Source of the DNA: an uncultured Pseudomonadota bacterium | GTDB taxonomy: Bacteria; Oederibacteriota; Muellerivitia; Muellerivitales; Muellerivitaceae | Direction of reading: 5' to 3' | DNA length: 64,000 nucleotides | NCBI GenBank assembly: GCA_963770835.1 | Contig: CAVYRH010000008.1 | Location: 128,001-192,000, forward strand | In this document: positions 20,672 to 30,114 of the stretch, piece by piece | Numbering within the stretch: position 1 is the stretch's first letter | How the letters are laid out: the number at the start of each line of letters is the position of its first letter | The notes under the pieces: model-generated | The model's input: only the letters and a program-made list of their open reading frames with translations | The model's database searches: none | What the model was told of the DNA's origin: nothing | Made by a program: the position numbers and the translations under genes

Positions 20672-21322
20672 TTATTGGATCTGGTAACCCGCCTGGAGCG
20701 AAAGCGTGCTGTTTTGGGGGCCGTTGGGATAGTTGGGATAAACCGAGGTCAGGCCCAGGTCGTAACGAAGGTCGATCAAAAACCCGTCGATGTCCAACCC
20801 CGCCCCGAACAGGACGCCCCCCTCCAGCGTGTTGGCGTTGAGCGAAGCGTTGCCCGTGGCCAGGTTTTGGACCGAATAATGCTCAAAGGCCGTCAAAAGA
20901 ACGTCCACGGCGGGGCCGGCTGACAGGCTGCCGGTGAGGTGAGGCGAAAGCGGGGTGTGCGCCTTGAGAAGCAGGGGGAATTCCAGATAATTAAAGTTAA
21001 AAGTGTAGTTTGCATTGGTGGTGCCCATTTGCAGGCCCGGGCCGGTCACCGGAATATTTTTAAAGTTGATGGTCCTCCCCTTCATGGTGAAGTCCGCCTC
21101 GGGCTGGAAGGATAAAAAATCGGAAAGCCCGAACTCGGCGAAGACCCCGCCGGTCAGGCCGAAGAGGACATCGGGTTGAACTTGGGAGGACGGTCCGGAG
21201 TTAGCGACGACCTGGTTGGCCATGTTGGCCCCGGCGTGGAAGCCCAAACCCACAGGGTCGCCCCAGGCGGAGTGCCCAAACCCGAAAACCAGCAATATCA
21301 GCGCCGGCAATAATTTTTTCAT
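20672..21322 (-). CDS. Porin-family / PorT-like outer-membrane beta-barrel
   Basis: Signal peptide; SFQPEADFTMKG, NYLEFPLLLK, DLRYDLGL motifs. Confidence 0.8.
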   Translation of the reverse strand: MKKLLPALILLVFGFGHSAWGDPVGLGFHAGANMANQVVANSGPSSQVQPDVLFGLTGGVFAEFGLSDFLSFQPEADFTMKGRTINFKNIPVTGPGLQMGTTNANYTFNFNYLEFPLLLKAHTPLSPHLTGSLSAGPAVDVLLTAFEHYSVQNLATGNASLNANTLEGGVLFGAGLDIDGFLIDLRYDLGLTSVYPNYPNGPQNSTLSLQAGYQIQ

Positions 21323-21720
21323 TTCGTCATTCCTTTTCTATTATATAGAAATACACCGCCAGGGAGTTCAGGTTCAGGCCGCTTTCCAGGAAAGTTGTCC
21401 TCAAACCTTTCCCTATTCCCATCAAGCTTGATCCCGATTCCCTTGTCCGAAATCAGTATAAGGGGGGGAATCCGGCTAAACACTTTTTAAAGCAGATCTT
21501 ATTTTGGCGCACCAACGTTCCCAAGCAGAAGCCGTGATGGCGGCCGTGGACCGGCTCAACGATAACCACGGGACGGTTGAAAAAGTCCTATCGCGATTTG
21601 TTTCATCTGAGTTTTCAACCATAAATAACGGTTTTTCGCGGATGCCGGCTCCATTGTGAGGGGTCCCGGATTGCGGTAAAATAATTTGTCCCGCAAGCCT
21701 CTTTCCGTGAATATGAAAAG

Positions 21721-23796
21721 GTGCCTTCTTTGAAACGAACTTTATTATTCTTATTCATGGCTGCTTCGTTTTTGATAACCCTGTCCCTTGCCTGCAGTAA
21801 AAGCTATTCGGTTTTGCCCGTCTCCGCCCCCGCCCCTCCGGCCTCCACGGCCTCTTTCACGCCGACCTCCTCGCCCTTTTTCACGCCGAGCCCCACGTCC
21901 ACCTCCACCAAGACGCCCACATCCACGGTCTCAGCCACCGGTACTTTCACCAGCACCGTTACGAACGCCGGCACCCCCACCAACACGGCCACCAACACAA
22001 CCACTTCCCTGCCCACCAACACGGGTACGTCCACCACCTCCAGTACCCCTACCCCCACGCCCACGATCAGCCCCACCCCCTCCAACACCAAGACTCCAAC
22101 CTTGATCCCCACGTTTACCTGTACCGGTACTCCGACGAACACCCCCACCATTACGGATACTCCCACCATCACCTACACGCCCACCATCACGGACACTTTT
22201 TTCCCCACCTACACCTACACCTTCACCCCCACTTCCACGGTCACCAACACCATAACACTCACTTTCACCTTCACCCCGACGGGCACCATCCCCACCTTTA
22301 CGCCCACCAGCACCTACTCGCCCGCGCCCACTCCCCTTTGCGGGAGCGGCGCCACCACCTTCGGGGTAACCCTGGCCGGGGAGTACGCGGCCGGGCCTTT
22401 CGCGGGCCAGGGTATTTTCTGGCAGACCGCGAGCCTGTCGCAGCCCGCGACCCTGACGGGACTGGTTTTCCAGTCCAGCGGCGGTGGCGGTAACGTCCGC
22501 GTGGCCATCTACGGGGGATCGGGTCTGGTCGCCCAATCCTCCCCCATGGAGACGGTGGCCGGGTGGAATATCTTCCCCATGCCGAATACCTACCTGGCCC
22601 CGGGCGGGTACACCCTGGCCTTTCAAGTGGAAGGCGTGGCCAACGCGCCATCGGGGGAGGCCGGCCTTGTCGCCACAGGCACCACCCTGGGGTACACCGG
22701 TTATTACGCTTACGCGCCTTTCCCGGCCGCCTTGCCGGCCGCGGCTTACACCAACAGCACCGAGTACATCGGCTTTTACGCCCTCGGTTGCCCCGCCCCC
22801 GTTTGGACCAATACACCGACGCCCAATGCCACCCTCTTCACCTCGACGCCCACGGTCACCATAACCCCCACGGCGGTCATCCATTGGAGCCAGGCGGCCA
22901 CCTCGGTGAGTGCCGCCGGGGGCCGTTACGGGCAGTCGAGCGCGGCTTTCAACGGCGACATGTGGGTCATCGCGGGGGATAAATCAACCGGGGCCGCCAA
23001 AGATGTGCTTTATTCCAGTGACGGCGCCAATTGGAACATCGCCACCTCCAGCGCGGCCTTTCCCGCCCGCCTGAACCACCAAACCGTGGTCTTTAACAGC
23101 CTCCTGTGGGTCCTCGGCGGAATCAGCAGCGCGGTGCAGTCGGTGGCCACCACGTACAACGACGTGTGGTCCTCGCCCGACGGCGTGAATTGGACCTCCG
23201 TGAACGCCAACGCACCCTTCGCCACCCGCGAATTGTTTTCCTCCGTGGCCTTCAATCCCTACACCGGCGGCAACGATGGGGCCCTCTGGGTCATCGGCGG
23301 GGTGGGCGATAGCTCCGGAAATTCCACTTATTTGGGGGATGTTTGGTATTCCCAGGATGGGGCCAATTGGACCGAAGCCACGGCCAACCCCGCTTTCGGC
23401 GCCCGGTACGCGCATTCCAGCGTTGTTTTCAACAACAAGATCTGGGTCATCGGCGGGGTAAGGCCCGGGTCGGGCGCGTTCAGCGACGTTTGGTCCTCGT
23501 CCGACGGCGTCAATTGGACCGAGGCCACGGCCAACGCCCCCTTCACGCCCCGGTGGGAATTCACGGCCTTGGCCTACAACAACCTTATGTGGGTTATCGG
23601 CGGGTTCACTAATTCCGGGGCGCCTTTAAATGACGTCTGGTCCTCACCCGACGGGGTGAATTGGACCGAGGAAACCCCTTCGGCGGAGTTCAGCGCCAGG
23701 GGGCTTCATTCCAGCGTGGTGTTCAACAATGAAATGTGGGCCATATGCGGTTCCACAGGTTCCACTTCCCTCAACGACACCTGGCATTCGCCTTAA
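21721..23796 (+). CDS. Lipoprotein with Thr/Pro stalk and C-terminal Kelch-like beta-propeller
   Basis: LSLAC lipobox; TPT stalk; ~6 repeats FNxxxWVIGG...NDVWSSxDGVNWT. Confidence 0.8.
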   Translation: MPSLKRTLLFLFMAASFLITLSLACSKSYSVLPVSAPAPPASTASFTPTSSPFFTPSPTSTSTKTPTSTVSATGTFTSTVTNAGTPTNTATNTTTSLPTNTGTSTTSSTPTPTPTISPTPSNTKTPTLIPTFTCTGTPTNTPTITDTPTITYTPTITDTFFPTYTYTFTPTSTVTNTITLTFTFTPTGTIPTFTPTSTYSPAPTPLCGSGATTFGVTLAGEYAAGPFAGQGIFWQTASLSQPATLTGLVFQSSGGGGNVRVAIYGGSGLVAQSSPMETVAGWNIFPMPNTYLAPGGYTLAFQVEGVANAPSGEAGLVATGTTLGYTGYYAYAPFPAALPAAAYTNSTEYIGFYALGCPAPVWTNTPTPNATLFTSTPTVTITPTAVIHWSQAATSVSAAGGRYGQSSAAFNGDMWVIAGDKSTGAAKDVLYSSDGANWNIATSSAAFPARLNHQTVVFNSLLWVLGGISSAVQSVATTYNDVWSSPDGVNWTSVNANAPFATRELFSSVAFNPYTGGNDGALWVIGGVGDSSGNSTYLGDVWYSQDGANWTEATANPAFGARYAHSSVVFNNKIWVIGGVRPGSGAFSDVWSSSDGVNWTEATANAPFTPRWEFTALAYNNLMWVIGGFTNSGAPLNDVWSSPDGVNWTEETPSAEFSARGLHSSVVFNNEMWAICGSTGSTSLNDTWHSP

Positions 23797-23882
23797 GGCA
23801 AACCCCTCCTATTCTTTTCCCGGGATGCCCCCTTTTCCCCCCGTGGTAAAATCGCTGGGCTCTGCGGATACCAAAATAAGCG

Positions 23883-24079
23883 GTAGTGGTCAGTTTTAAA
23901 ATACCACTTCACCCTCACCCCGCCCTCTCCCCTCGAGGGAGAGGGAAATTTAATAAAACCATCGCCCTTTGGCTTTGGTTTTGTGGGTACATAAGGGATT
24001 TCCCCTATGAGAGCCGTTTGGGAGATGGGTAGGGTGAGGGGTACTTTTGGTTTCTTCGTAAATCAAATTGACCCACTAC
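23883..24079. mobile_element. MITE-like element with GTAGTGG(G)TCA(G/A)TTT termini carrying CCCTCACCCC-type REP hairpins
   Basis: Left GTAGTGGTCAGTTT, right TCAAATTGACCCACTAC; internal CCCTCACCCCGCCCTCTCCCCTCGAGGGAGAGGG. Confidence 0.6.
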
Positions 24080-24098
24080 AAAATAAGCGGGGGAAAAT

Positions 24099-25703
24099 AT
24101 GAAAATCGAATCGTTCACGCCTTATCTCATCAAACGGCTGATGGCGGAAGGTTACGGGGAAAAAACCGTCCCTGAGGCCAAAAAGCTCGAAGCCGAATGC
24201 GATACCCTCCTGACTTACTCCGACGGGTTCACCTTCAAAATGGCCTGCGTCATCGACCGCGAAAAGGCGAAAGCCCGGGGCTTCCAAATGCCCTTCGAGG
24301 AACTGCTGGCGATCGGGAAAGCCTGCCTGAAATACGCGGGGAAAGTCAATTCCGCCCAAATGCCCATCTATCTCCAGGTGATCGAGGTGGGCCCGGCTTC
24401 GGGGGAGGACCAGCAAAGGCTCCAGCCCTTGAGGACGGGTGTTTTCTCCAAGGCCCATATTTCATCGTGGATCCTTGACCCTTCCACCTCTTCGGTTTGG
24501 ACCAACGCCCCCGCGAACCTCCGCTGGTGGATGCGCCGTAAGTTCCAGAAAATGATGGCCGAGCCGCGCTTGAGCGACGAGGAAATGTTCAAGCCCCCCG
24601 TCCTCGTGCGCGAAAACCCCGGCCCGCCCCTTTTGACCTACGGCATGCTGGCCCTTTTGGCCGCCGTTTTCATCGCCGAGCAGGTTTTCCACGTTGGCCC
24701 GCCCTCCACGGGCCTGCTGTCCCCCAGCCTCCAGACGCTCATCGCCATGGGGGCCTCGGGGCGAGACCTGGTGGCCGTCCATGGGCAATGGTTCCGGCTT
24801 TTCACGTCCATCTTCCTGCACTCCGGCCTCATTCACCTGGCCTTGAACGGCATCGCCTTTTATTTCGGGGGCATCGTGCTGGAAGCCCTTGTGGGGCGCG
24901 CCTGGATGTTTGCCATCTTCATCCTCAGCGGCCTGGCGGGTTCCGTTCTCTCGATAGCCGCCAACCCGCCCGAGCTGGTTTCCGTGGGGGCCTCCGGGGC
25001 CATCATGGGCATGATGGCCGCGGCCTATGTTTTCGCTTCCCGCCTCCCGCGCGGCGCCGCACGCACGCAAATCCAAATGCGGCTCATGGGCGTCCTCATC
25101 CCCTCGCTGCTGCCTTTCCTCAACCACGTTCCTGGGGAACACGTGGATTTCAGCGCCCACCTGGGCGGGGCCGTCATCGGCCTGTTCCTGGGCCTCGCCG
25201 TTTACAGGGCCTGGCCCAAGGAAAACCCCCTGCCCGGCCTGATGGGCCTGGCCCGGGCCGCCGCCTTCGCGGGGCTCGCCCTTTGCCTGGTCGCGGGGTT
25301 CCTGCAGGCCAGGGTTTATGACCAGATGAGCCAGGTTTCGGCCCTGGTGATCCCCGACGACCAGATGCCCAACTCGGATAAGGAAGGCGCCGCCCGTTCC
25401 GCCGACCTGGTGGCCCGCTACCCGCACGACCCCCGGGCCCTTTACTTCCGCGCGGAAGCCTTCATGGACGCCCGCCAGTACCCGGACGCCGAGAAGGAAT
25501 TGCGGCTGGCCCTGGATGAAAAGGTAATCCTCAGCACTTATTTGGATAAAAGGATGGAATTCAGCATCCGGGGGGTCCTGGCCGGGCTGCTGGCGGACCA
25601 GAAGCGCTGGCCGGAGGCCAAGGAAGTGGCCAAGCCGGTTTGCGAGGGTGACCCGGACGGGAAGATGGGCAAGTACCTAAAGGAACATGGATTTTGCGAC
25701 TAG
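24099..25703 (+). CDS. Rhomboid-family intramembrane serine protease with N-terminal soluble domain and C-terminal TPR-like domain
   Basis: WFRLFTSIFLHSGLIHLALN, VGASGAI (catalytic Ser), AHLGG (catalytic His). Confidence 0.92.
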   Translation: MKIESFTPYLIKRLMAEGYGEKTVPEAKKLEAECDTLLTYSDGFTFKMACVIDREKAKARGFQMPFEELLAIGKACLKYAGKVNSAQMPIYLQVIEVGPASGEDQQRLQPLRTGVFSKAHISSWILDPSTSSVWTNAPANLRWWMRRKFQKMMAEPRLSDEEMFKPPVLVRENPGPPLLTYGMLALLAAVFIAEQVFHVGPPSTGLLSPSLQTLIAMGASGRDLVAVHGQWFRLFTSIFLHSGLIHLALNGIAFYFGGIVLEALVGRAWMFAIFILSGLAGSVLSIAANPPELVSVGASGAIMGMMAAAYVFASRLPRGAARTQIQMRLMGVLIPSLLPFLNHVPGEHVDFSAHLGGAVIGLFLGLAVYRAWPKENPLPGLMGLARAAAFAGLALCLVAGFLQARVYDQMSQVSALVIPDDQMPNSDKEGAARSADLVARYPHDPRALYFRAEAFMDARQYPDAEKELRLALDEKVILSTYLDKRMEFSIRGVLAGLLADQKRWPEAKEVAKPVCEGDPDGKMGKYLKEHGFCD

Positions 25704-25756
25704 AGGACTGGATTCGATTCGGGGCGGGCCACCCGAGGCCAGTAAGGGCGTTTCTA

Positions 25757-25942
25757 GTGCCGGTCCAGTGAGGAGCCCACAAGGCGAGTCACAAGGTTTG
25801 GTCCCATCCATTCCAATGGAATGGATGCAAGCTGAGGGTGAAGGTCCCCTGTACCGAGTCAACAAGACGAGGTACATGTTTTGGGTGTGCTGATGCCTAA
25901 GCAGGCATCAGCGGCACCGTGCAGATTCAAAAGGAATCTGTA
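25757..25942 (+). ncRNA. Highly structured non-coding element (candidate ncRNA or 5' remnant of a group II intron)
   Basis: Six consecutive hairpins, including two perfect 10-bp stems; GTGCCG...CGGCAC closing pair; strand is a guess. Confidence 0.45.
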
Positions 25943-26028
25943 GGCGGGGGGATTTGATCGGCCGGACAAAGAAAGGGGAAGAACTTTCTTTTTCGGAACT
26001 ATGCACTTGGCGTACTTTAAGTCAAAAA

Positions 26029-26120
26029 CCCTCGCCCCTTGGGGGAGAGGGTAGGGTGAGGGGTGACTTAGCCGTCAAATCCACCCTCATCCCGGCCTTC
26101 TCCCCTCAAGGGAGAAGGGG
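26029..26120. repeat. Pair of CCCTCACCC/GGGAGAGGG REP-like hairpins
   Basis: CCCTCGCCCCTTGGGGGAGAGGGTAGGGTGAGGG...CCCTCATCCCGGCCTTCTCCCCTCAAGGGAGAAGGG; relatives near 23911, 32344, 53755. Confidence 0.75.
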
Positions 26121-26290
26121 AAAGCAACGGCAAATGGCCTCGCTTAAATGGGTGACGTCAAAGCCATAGTTCCGTTCTTTTTTTAGGCCTGGCCCCGTTT
26201 ACCGGCGGAGCCGGGCCAAGCCGCCTTGCCCGGCGGCTCTTTCGCCGTTGAATCCCTTGACTTCCTAATTGCATATGCAAGAATATATGC

Positions 26291-26590
26291 ATGTACGGCA
26301 TCGAATTTTCAACCGGTGTTGGGGAGGACATGAAGCCCATCCCGGCCCGGGACCAACGGATCCTGATGGACGCCATCGAGGAACAGCTGGCCCACCAGCC
26401 GGGCGTCCGGACGAAAAACAGGAAGGATCTTGTGAACCTGGTTCCCCCCTGGCGGTTTGTCCCCCCCGTTTGGGAGCTGAGGGTTGGGGATTACCGGGTT
26501 TTTTACGACCTTGATGAGGGGAAAAAGGTGGTTTATGTGCGGGCTATCCGGTTGAAGCCGCCCCACAAGCGAACGGAGGAAATTTTATGA
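26291..26590 (+). CDS. RelE/ParE-family toxin
   Basis: IEEQLAHQP...WELRVGDYRVFYDLDE...VYVRAI. Confidence 0.88.
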   Translation: MYGIEFSTGVGEDMKPIPARDQRILMDAIEEQLAHQPGVRTKNRKDLVNLVPPWRFVPPVWELRVGDYRVFYDLDEGKKVVYVRAIRLKPPHKRTEEIL

Positions 26591-26835
26591 AAACAGTCAA
26601 TGTCCGCGAACTCCAGAAAAATGTTAAGGGGTATTTGGCCGCCTCCCAGAAAGACCGGGTGGTTTTGACCCGGCACGGCAAGCCGACGGCGGTGCTTGTG
26701 GGCGTCGAGGGGGAGGACTGGGAAACGGTCGTCCTGGAAACGAACGCCAAGTTTTGGGACTTGATCCAAAAACGCCGCAAACAAAAGACCATTTCCCTGG
26801 CGGAAATGAAAGAACGTTTAAAACTGAAAAAGTAA
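26587..26835 (+). CDS. Phd/YefM-family antitoxin (downstream of toxin)
   Basis: MKTVNVRELQKN...VVLTRHGKPTAVLVGVE; ATGA overlap. Confidence 0.88.
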   Translation: MKTVNVRELQKNVKGYLAASQKDRVVLTRHGKPTAVLVGVEGEDWETVVLETNAKFWDLIQKRRKQKTISLAEMKERLKLKK

Positions 26836-26865
26836 GCCGCGCAGGCCAAATCTTTAGCGGAAGGC

Positions 26866-26941
26866 GGCCAAGCCGGTTTGCGAGGGCGACCCGGACGGGA
26901 AGATGGGCAAGTACCTAAAGGAACATGGATTTTGTGATTAG
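26866..26941 (+). repeat. Second copy (76 bp) of the rhomboid gene 3' end
   Basis: GGCCAAGCCGGTTTGCGAGGG...GGATTTTGTGATTAG nearly identical to 25629-25703. Confidence 0.9.
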
Positions 26942-26979
26942 AGAAGGTCCTGGCCGGTTATGAAGGAACTTCAGGGCCG

Positions 26980-28326
26980 TTAAGGCCCAAATACCTGGAC
27001 CAGGCTATCGCCCGAATCCGCCACGAAATAATCCCCGGACGCGCTCGAGGCGATCCCTTCGGGATACAAGAAATAACCGTGGCCGCCGGTATTGCCGTAA
27101 GACCCCCATTGGCCGAGGAAATTGCCGCCGGACCCGAATTCCTGGATCACCCAATTGCCATAGTCCGACGTAAAGACGTTCCCCGACCCATCCACCGCGA
27201 CACCCCACGGGTCGTGGAACGTCCCATTGCCATTCCCCAGGCCGCCCCATTGGGTGATCAGGCTGCCGGAAGCGGAATACTCATAAACATAAAAATAATT
27301 CCGGTCGGTGACATAAACGTTGTAGGGGGAAACGGGGCTGACCGCGACCCCTTGTGGGAAAATCGACCCGCCCCAGCGCGTGACGGTCACCCCCGATGCG
27401 GTGAATTCGTCAATGTAATTGTTCTCGGCGACGTACAAATTGCCGTTGGGAGCCGCGCTGATCTCGTCAATGATGCTGAAGGTACCGGACCCATAACCCG
27501 TCCAGGTGGCGACCGGCACGCCCGCCGGGGTGTATTCGTAGACGGCTCCATTGTTGATATCGGTGACATAAACGTTGCCGTTCACCGGCCCGACGGCGAT
27601 CCCATAGGGGTCGGACAAGGAAGTCGCCCCATAGGTCGACCAGCCGGTGATCGAGGTCCCGCCCGAGGTGAAAACGGAAACTTGCCCGGGGCCCTCGCCG
27701 ACAACGTAAACGGTCGTCCCGCTCGAATCCACGGCGACTCCCTGGGCATGGGGGAAGGCCCATTGGGTCTTGAAAGGCGGAAGGGGGACGTAGGTGTTGG
27801 TGGGGGTGAAGGTGAAGGTCGGGGTGGGGCTGTTGCTCGGGGTGTTGGTGGCTGAACTCGTCGGGGTGAAAGAACCCGTCGGCGAATCCGTGACGGTGGG
27901 CGTGGAAGTCGGGGTAGCGGTGGCCGTACTCGTCGGCGTGGAAGTAAAGGTAAAGGTGTCGGTCACGAAGATGGTGACGGGTGTCCAAGTGGCGGAGGGG
28001 GTCCAGGTGGAGGTAAAAGTGCCCGTAACGGTGGGGGTGGCGGTGTTGACCGGGGTGGAAGTCGGCGATCCCGTCCGGGTCGCCGTAGAAGTGATGAGGA
28101 TCGTCACCGGGGTCCAGGTGGAAGTGGGGCTTAAGGTGATGGTGAAGGTCGCTGTGGCCGAACCCGTGGGCGTGAAAGTGGCCGTGGTGAGGATAGTCAC
28201 GGGCTGGTCGACCGTAACCGGCGCGGAAGGGCTGGATTTGCTGGTGCAAGCGACCGGGGAAAACCACAAAAACGAGAAGGCGATGAAACTAAACCCGGCG
28301 AAATAAATGATTCGGCGCATGATCAC
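26980..28326 (-). CDS. Lipoprotein with Thr/Pro stalk and NHL-repeat beta-propeller
   Basis: PVAC lipobox-like; PxGIAVxxxGNVYVTD repeats; QWGGLGNGNGTFHDPWGVAVD. Confidence 0.85.
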   Translation of the reverse strand: MIMRRIIYFAGFSFIAFSFLWFSPVACTSKSSPSAPVTVDQPVTILTTATFTPTGSATATFTITLSPTSTWTPVTILITSTATRTGSPTSTPVNTATPTVTGTFTSTWTPSATWTPVTIFVTDTFTFTSTPTSTATATPTSTPTVTDSPTGSFTPTSSATNTPSNSPTPTFTFTPTNTYVPLPPFKTQWAFPHAQGVAVDSSGTTVYVVGEGPGQVSVFTSGGTSITGWSTYGATSLSDPYGIAVGPVNGNVYVTDINNGAVYEYTPAGVPVATWTGYGSGTFSIIDEISAAPNGNLYVAENNYIDEFTASGVTVTRWGGSIFPQGVAVSPVSPYNVYVTDRNYFYVYEYSASGSLITQWGGLGNGNGTFHDPWGVAVDGSGNVFTSDYGNWVIQEFGSGGNFLGQWGSYGNTGGHGYFLYPEGIASSASGDYFVADSGDSLVQVFGP

Positions 28327-28426
28327 TTCCGGCGAAAGGCGGCTTTCGAAAAGCGCCTTAAGCTTACCACCCCCACCTGGTGGAGGGTGGAATTTTTCGG
28401 GGCCAAAAGCCCCTTAATTGGGCCCG

Positions 28427-28725
28427 GGGCCCTTTACTTCCGCGCGGAAGCCTTCATGGACGCCCGCCAGTTCCCGAACGCCGAGAAAGAATTGCGGCTG
28501 GCCCTGGATGAAAAGGAAATCCTCAACAATTATTTGGATAAAAGGATGGAATTCAGCATCCGGGGGGTCCTAGCCGGGCTGCTGGCGGACCAGAAGCGCT
28601 GGCCGGCCTGCCTGCCGAAGCCTTGGCGAAGGCAGGAGGCCAAGGAAGTGGCCAAGCCGGTTTGTGAGGGCGACCCGGACGGGAAGATGGGCAAGTATCT
28701 AAAGGAACATGGATTTTGCGATTAG
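28427..28725 (+). pseudogene. Third copy (~300 bp) of the rhomboid 3' end (TPR tail) with a 30-bp in-frame hairpin insertion
   Basis: ALYFRAEAFMDARQ...KEHGFCD nearly identical to 25435-25703; no own RBS evident. Confidence 0.85.
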
Positions 28726-28842
28726 AGTCCTGAGTTGGATTCAAGGTTTGGATGGGTTGATCGACCGGGCAAAGAAAGGGGGGAGAAATTTCTTTTTTCA
28801 GGCCCGACTCCGTTTACGTGAAACCTCGCTACTGTCGTACCC

Positions 28843-30096
28843 CTATATTCTTAAATTTTTATTTACATTTAGCTCTAGTTCTTTTGCAGCAAGCTCTCTC
28901 TGCAACTGCTCATTGGCCCGCCTCTGCTCCTCTTGTTTTTCCATCTTCATATTGTATGCATAGCGAGCAGTCGCTGTTGGCAACCACTGTTTAAAATATT
29001 CGATAACCCTCTGCACATTATTCGCGTCGACCCCGATTCTTGCATTGTCGTGAACGATACTAAATGTTTGTGGTTCATAACCCATGGCATTTGAATAACT
29101 CCCCATATTCTGAAGAGCAAATACCCATTTATTATTCACTGGCTGACTCAATTCTAATAATAATTGACCATCACGCCATTGAGCATCTATTAAGCGAACA
29201 GGATCGGTTATCAATGGATCCTCTTCTTGATTTACAGGAACAACCTTTTTAGCATTTAACTCGCTTATTTTTTGCCGTGTAACAAATTCATTTTTATGTG
29301 CAATAAGTTTGTTTTTTACTACCTCAATAGTCTGTGGCCTTTCATCCCGATTTTGCCTGATCATTTCCGCAATTATTTGGTCCAGATACCCATATTGGTT
29401 AGCTAAACTTGCAACAGTTTTATATTCAGTCCCCTGGGCTATTTCGCCAGTAAACATTTCATTTAAAATTAGTCCCAAAGCATAAATATCTGTCGCCTCA
29501 TTTGCGCTTTGACCCCTCTTTTTTTGTTCTGGCGCTGCATATTCGAAGTTCGCCATACGTGCGCCGGAACGTGTTTCAACGAATGTGTAATGTTCATCTT
29601 CAAGAAACCGGGCTATACCGAAATCGGCAACCACAAGTGTATCGCTTGGCGAATCGAACAAAATGTTCTCGGGTTTTAAATCTCGGTGGATCGCCTTTCT
29701 CAAATGAGCTGCCTCTACTCCGTCCAATATTTGGCTAAAGTAATGTAATACCTTTTCTGGGCTTATTTTCCTTTCCATAAGATCGCGCGCCGACCCCGAA
29801 TAAAGCGGCATAACATAAAAAAGGCTTTTTTCTTTTCCCTGATGAACCCCGCGATCAATTATCGTCAATATGTTCTTATGTTCGTTTTGTTCGCAAAAAG
29901 CCATTTCGCGCTTGAATCTTTTCACTTTTTCCCAAGTTGCTTTGTCCGGTGATAAAAGCTTAATTGCAATTGGTTTGCCTTCGTCATCTGTTCCACCATA
30001 TACACGTCCAGCTCCACCTTCACCGATAATTCTGTCGACCGTATAAATTCCGTAGGTAGTTTCAAATGAGATTGATTTTTTTAAATTCACCGTCAT
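28843..30096 (-). CDS. Hanks-type Ser/Thr protein kinase (AT-rich islet)
   Basis: GEGGAG, AIK, HRDLKPEN, DFG, APE, DIYALG; no TM segment. Confidence 0.93.
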   Translation of the reverse strand: MTVNLKKSISFETTYGIYTVDRIIGEGGAGRVYGGTDDEGKPIAIKLLSPDKATWEKVKRFKREMAFCEQNEHKNILTIIDRGVHQGKEKSLFYVMPLYSGSARDLMERKISPEKVLHYFSQILDGVEAAHLRKAIHRDLKPENILFDSPSDTLVVADFGIARFLEDEHYTFVETRSGARMANFEYAAPEQKKRGQSANEATDIYALGLILNEMFTGEIAQGTEYKTVASLANQYGYLDQIIAEMIRQNRDERPQTIEVVKNKLIAHKNEFVTRQKISELNAKKVVPVNQEEDPLITDPVRLIDAQWRDGQLLLELSQPVNNKWVFALQNMGSYSNAMGYEPQTFSIVHDNARIGVDANNVQRVIEYFKQWLPTATARYAYNMKMEKQEEQRRANEQLQRELAAKELELNVNKNLRI

Positions 30097-30114
30097 AAAT
30101 CATACCCTCCGATT

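Noticed and set aside
25704..25730. GGACTGGATTCGA resembling the tmRNA 5' end
   Set aside because: No GGGG acceptor start, no matching T-arm/CCA 3' end, no tag ORF
28811..28826. GTTTACGTGAAAC resembling parS
   Set aside because: One base short of the 16-bp parS palindrome and single copy
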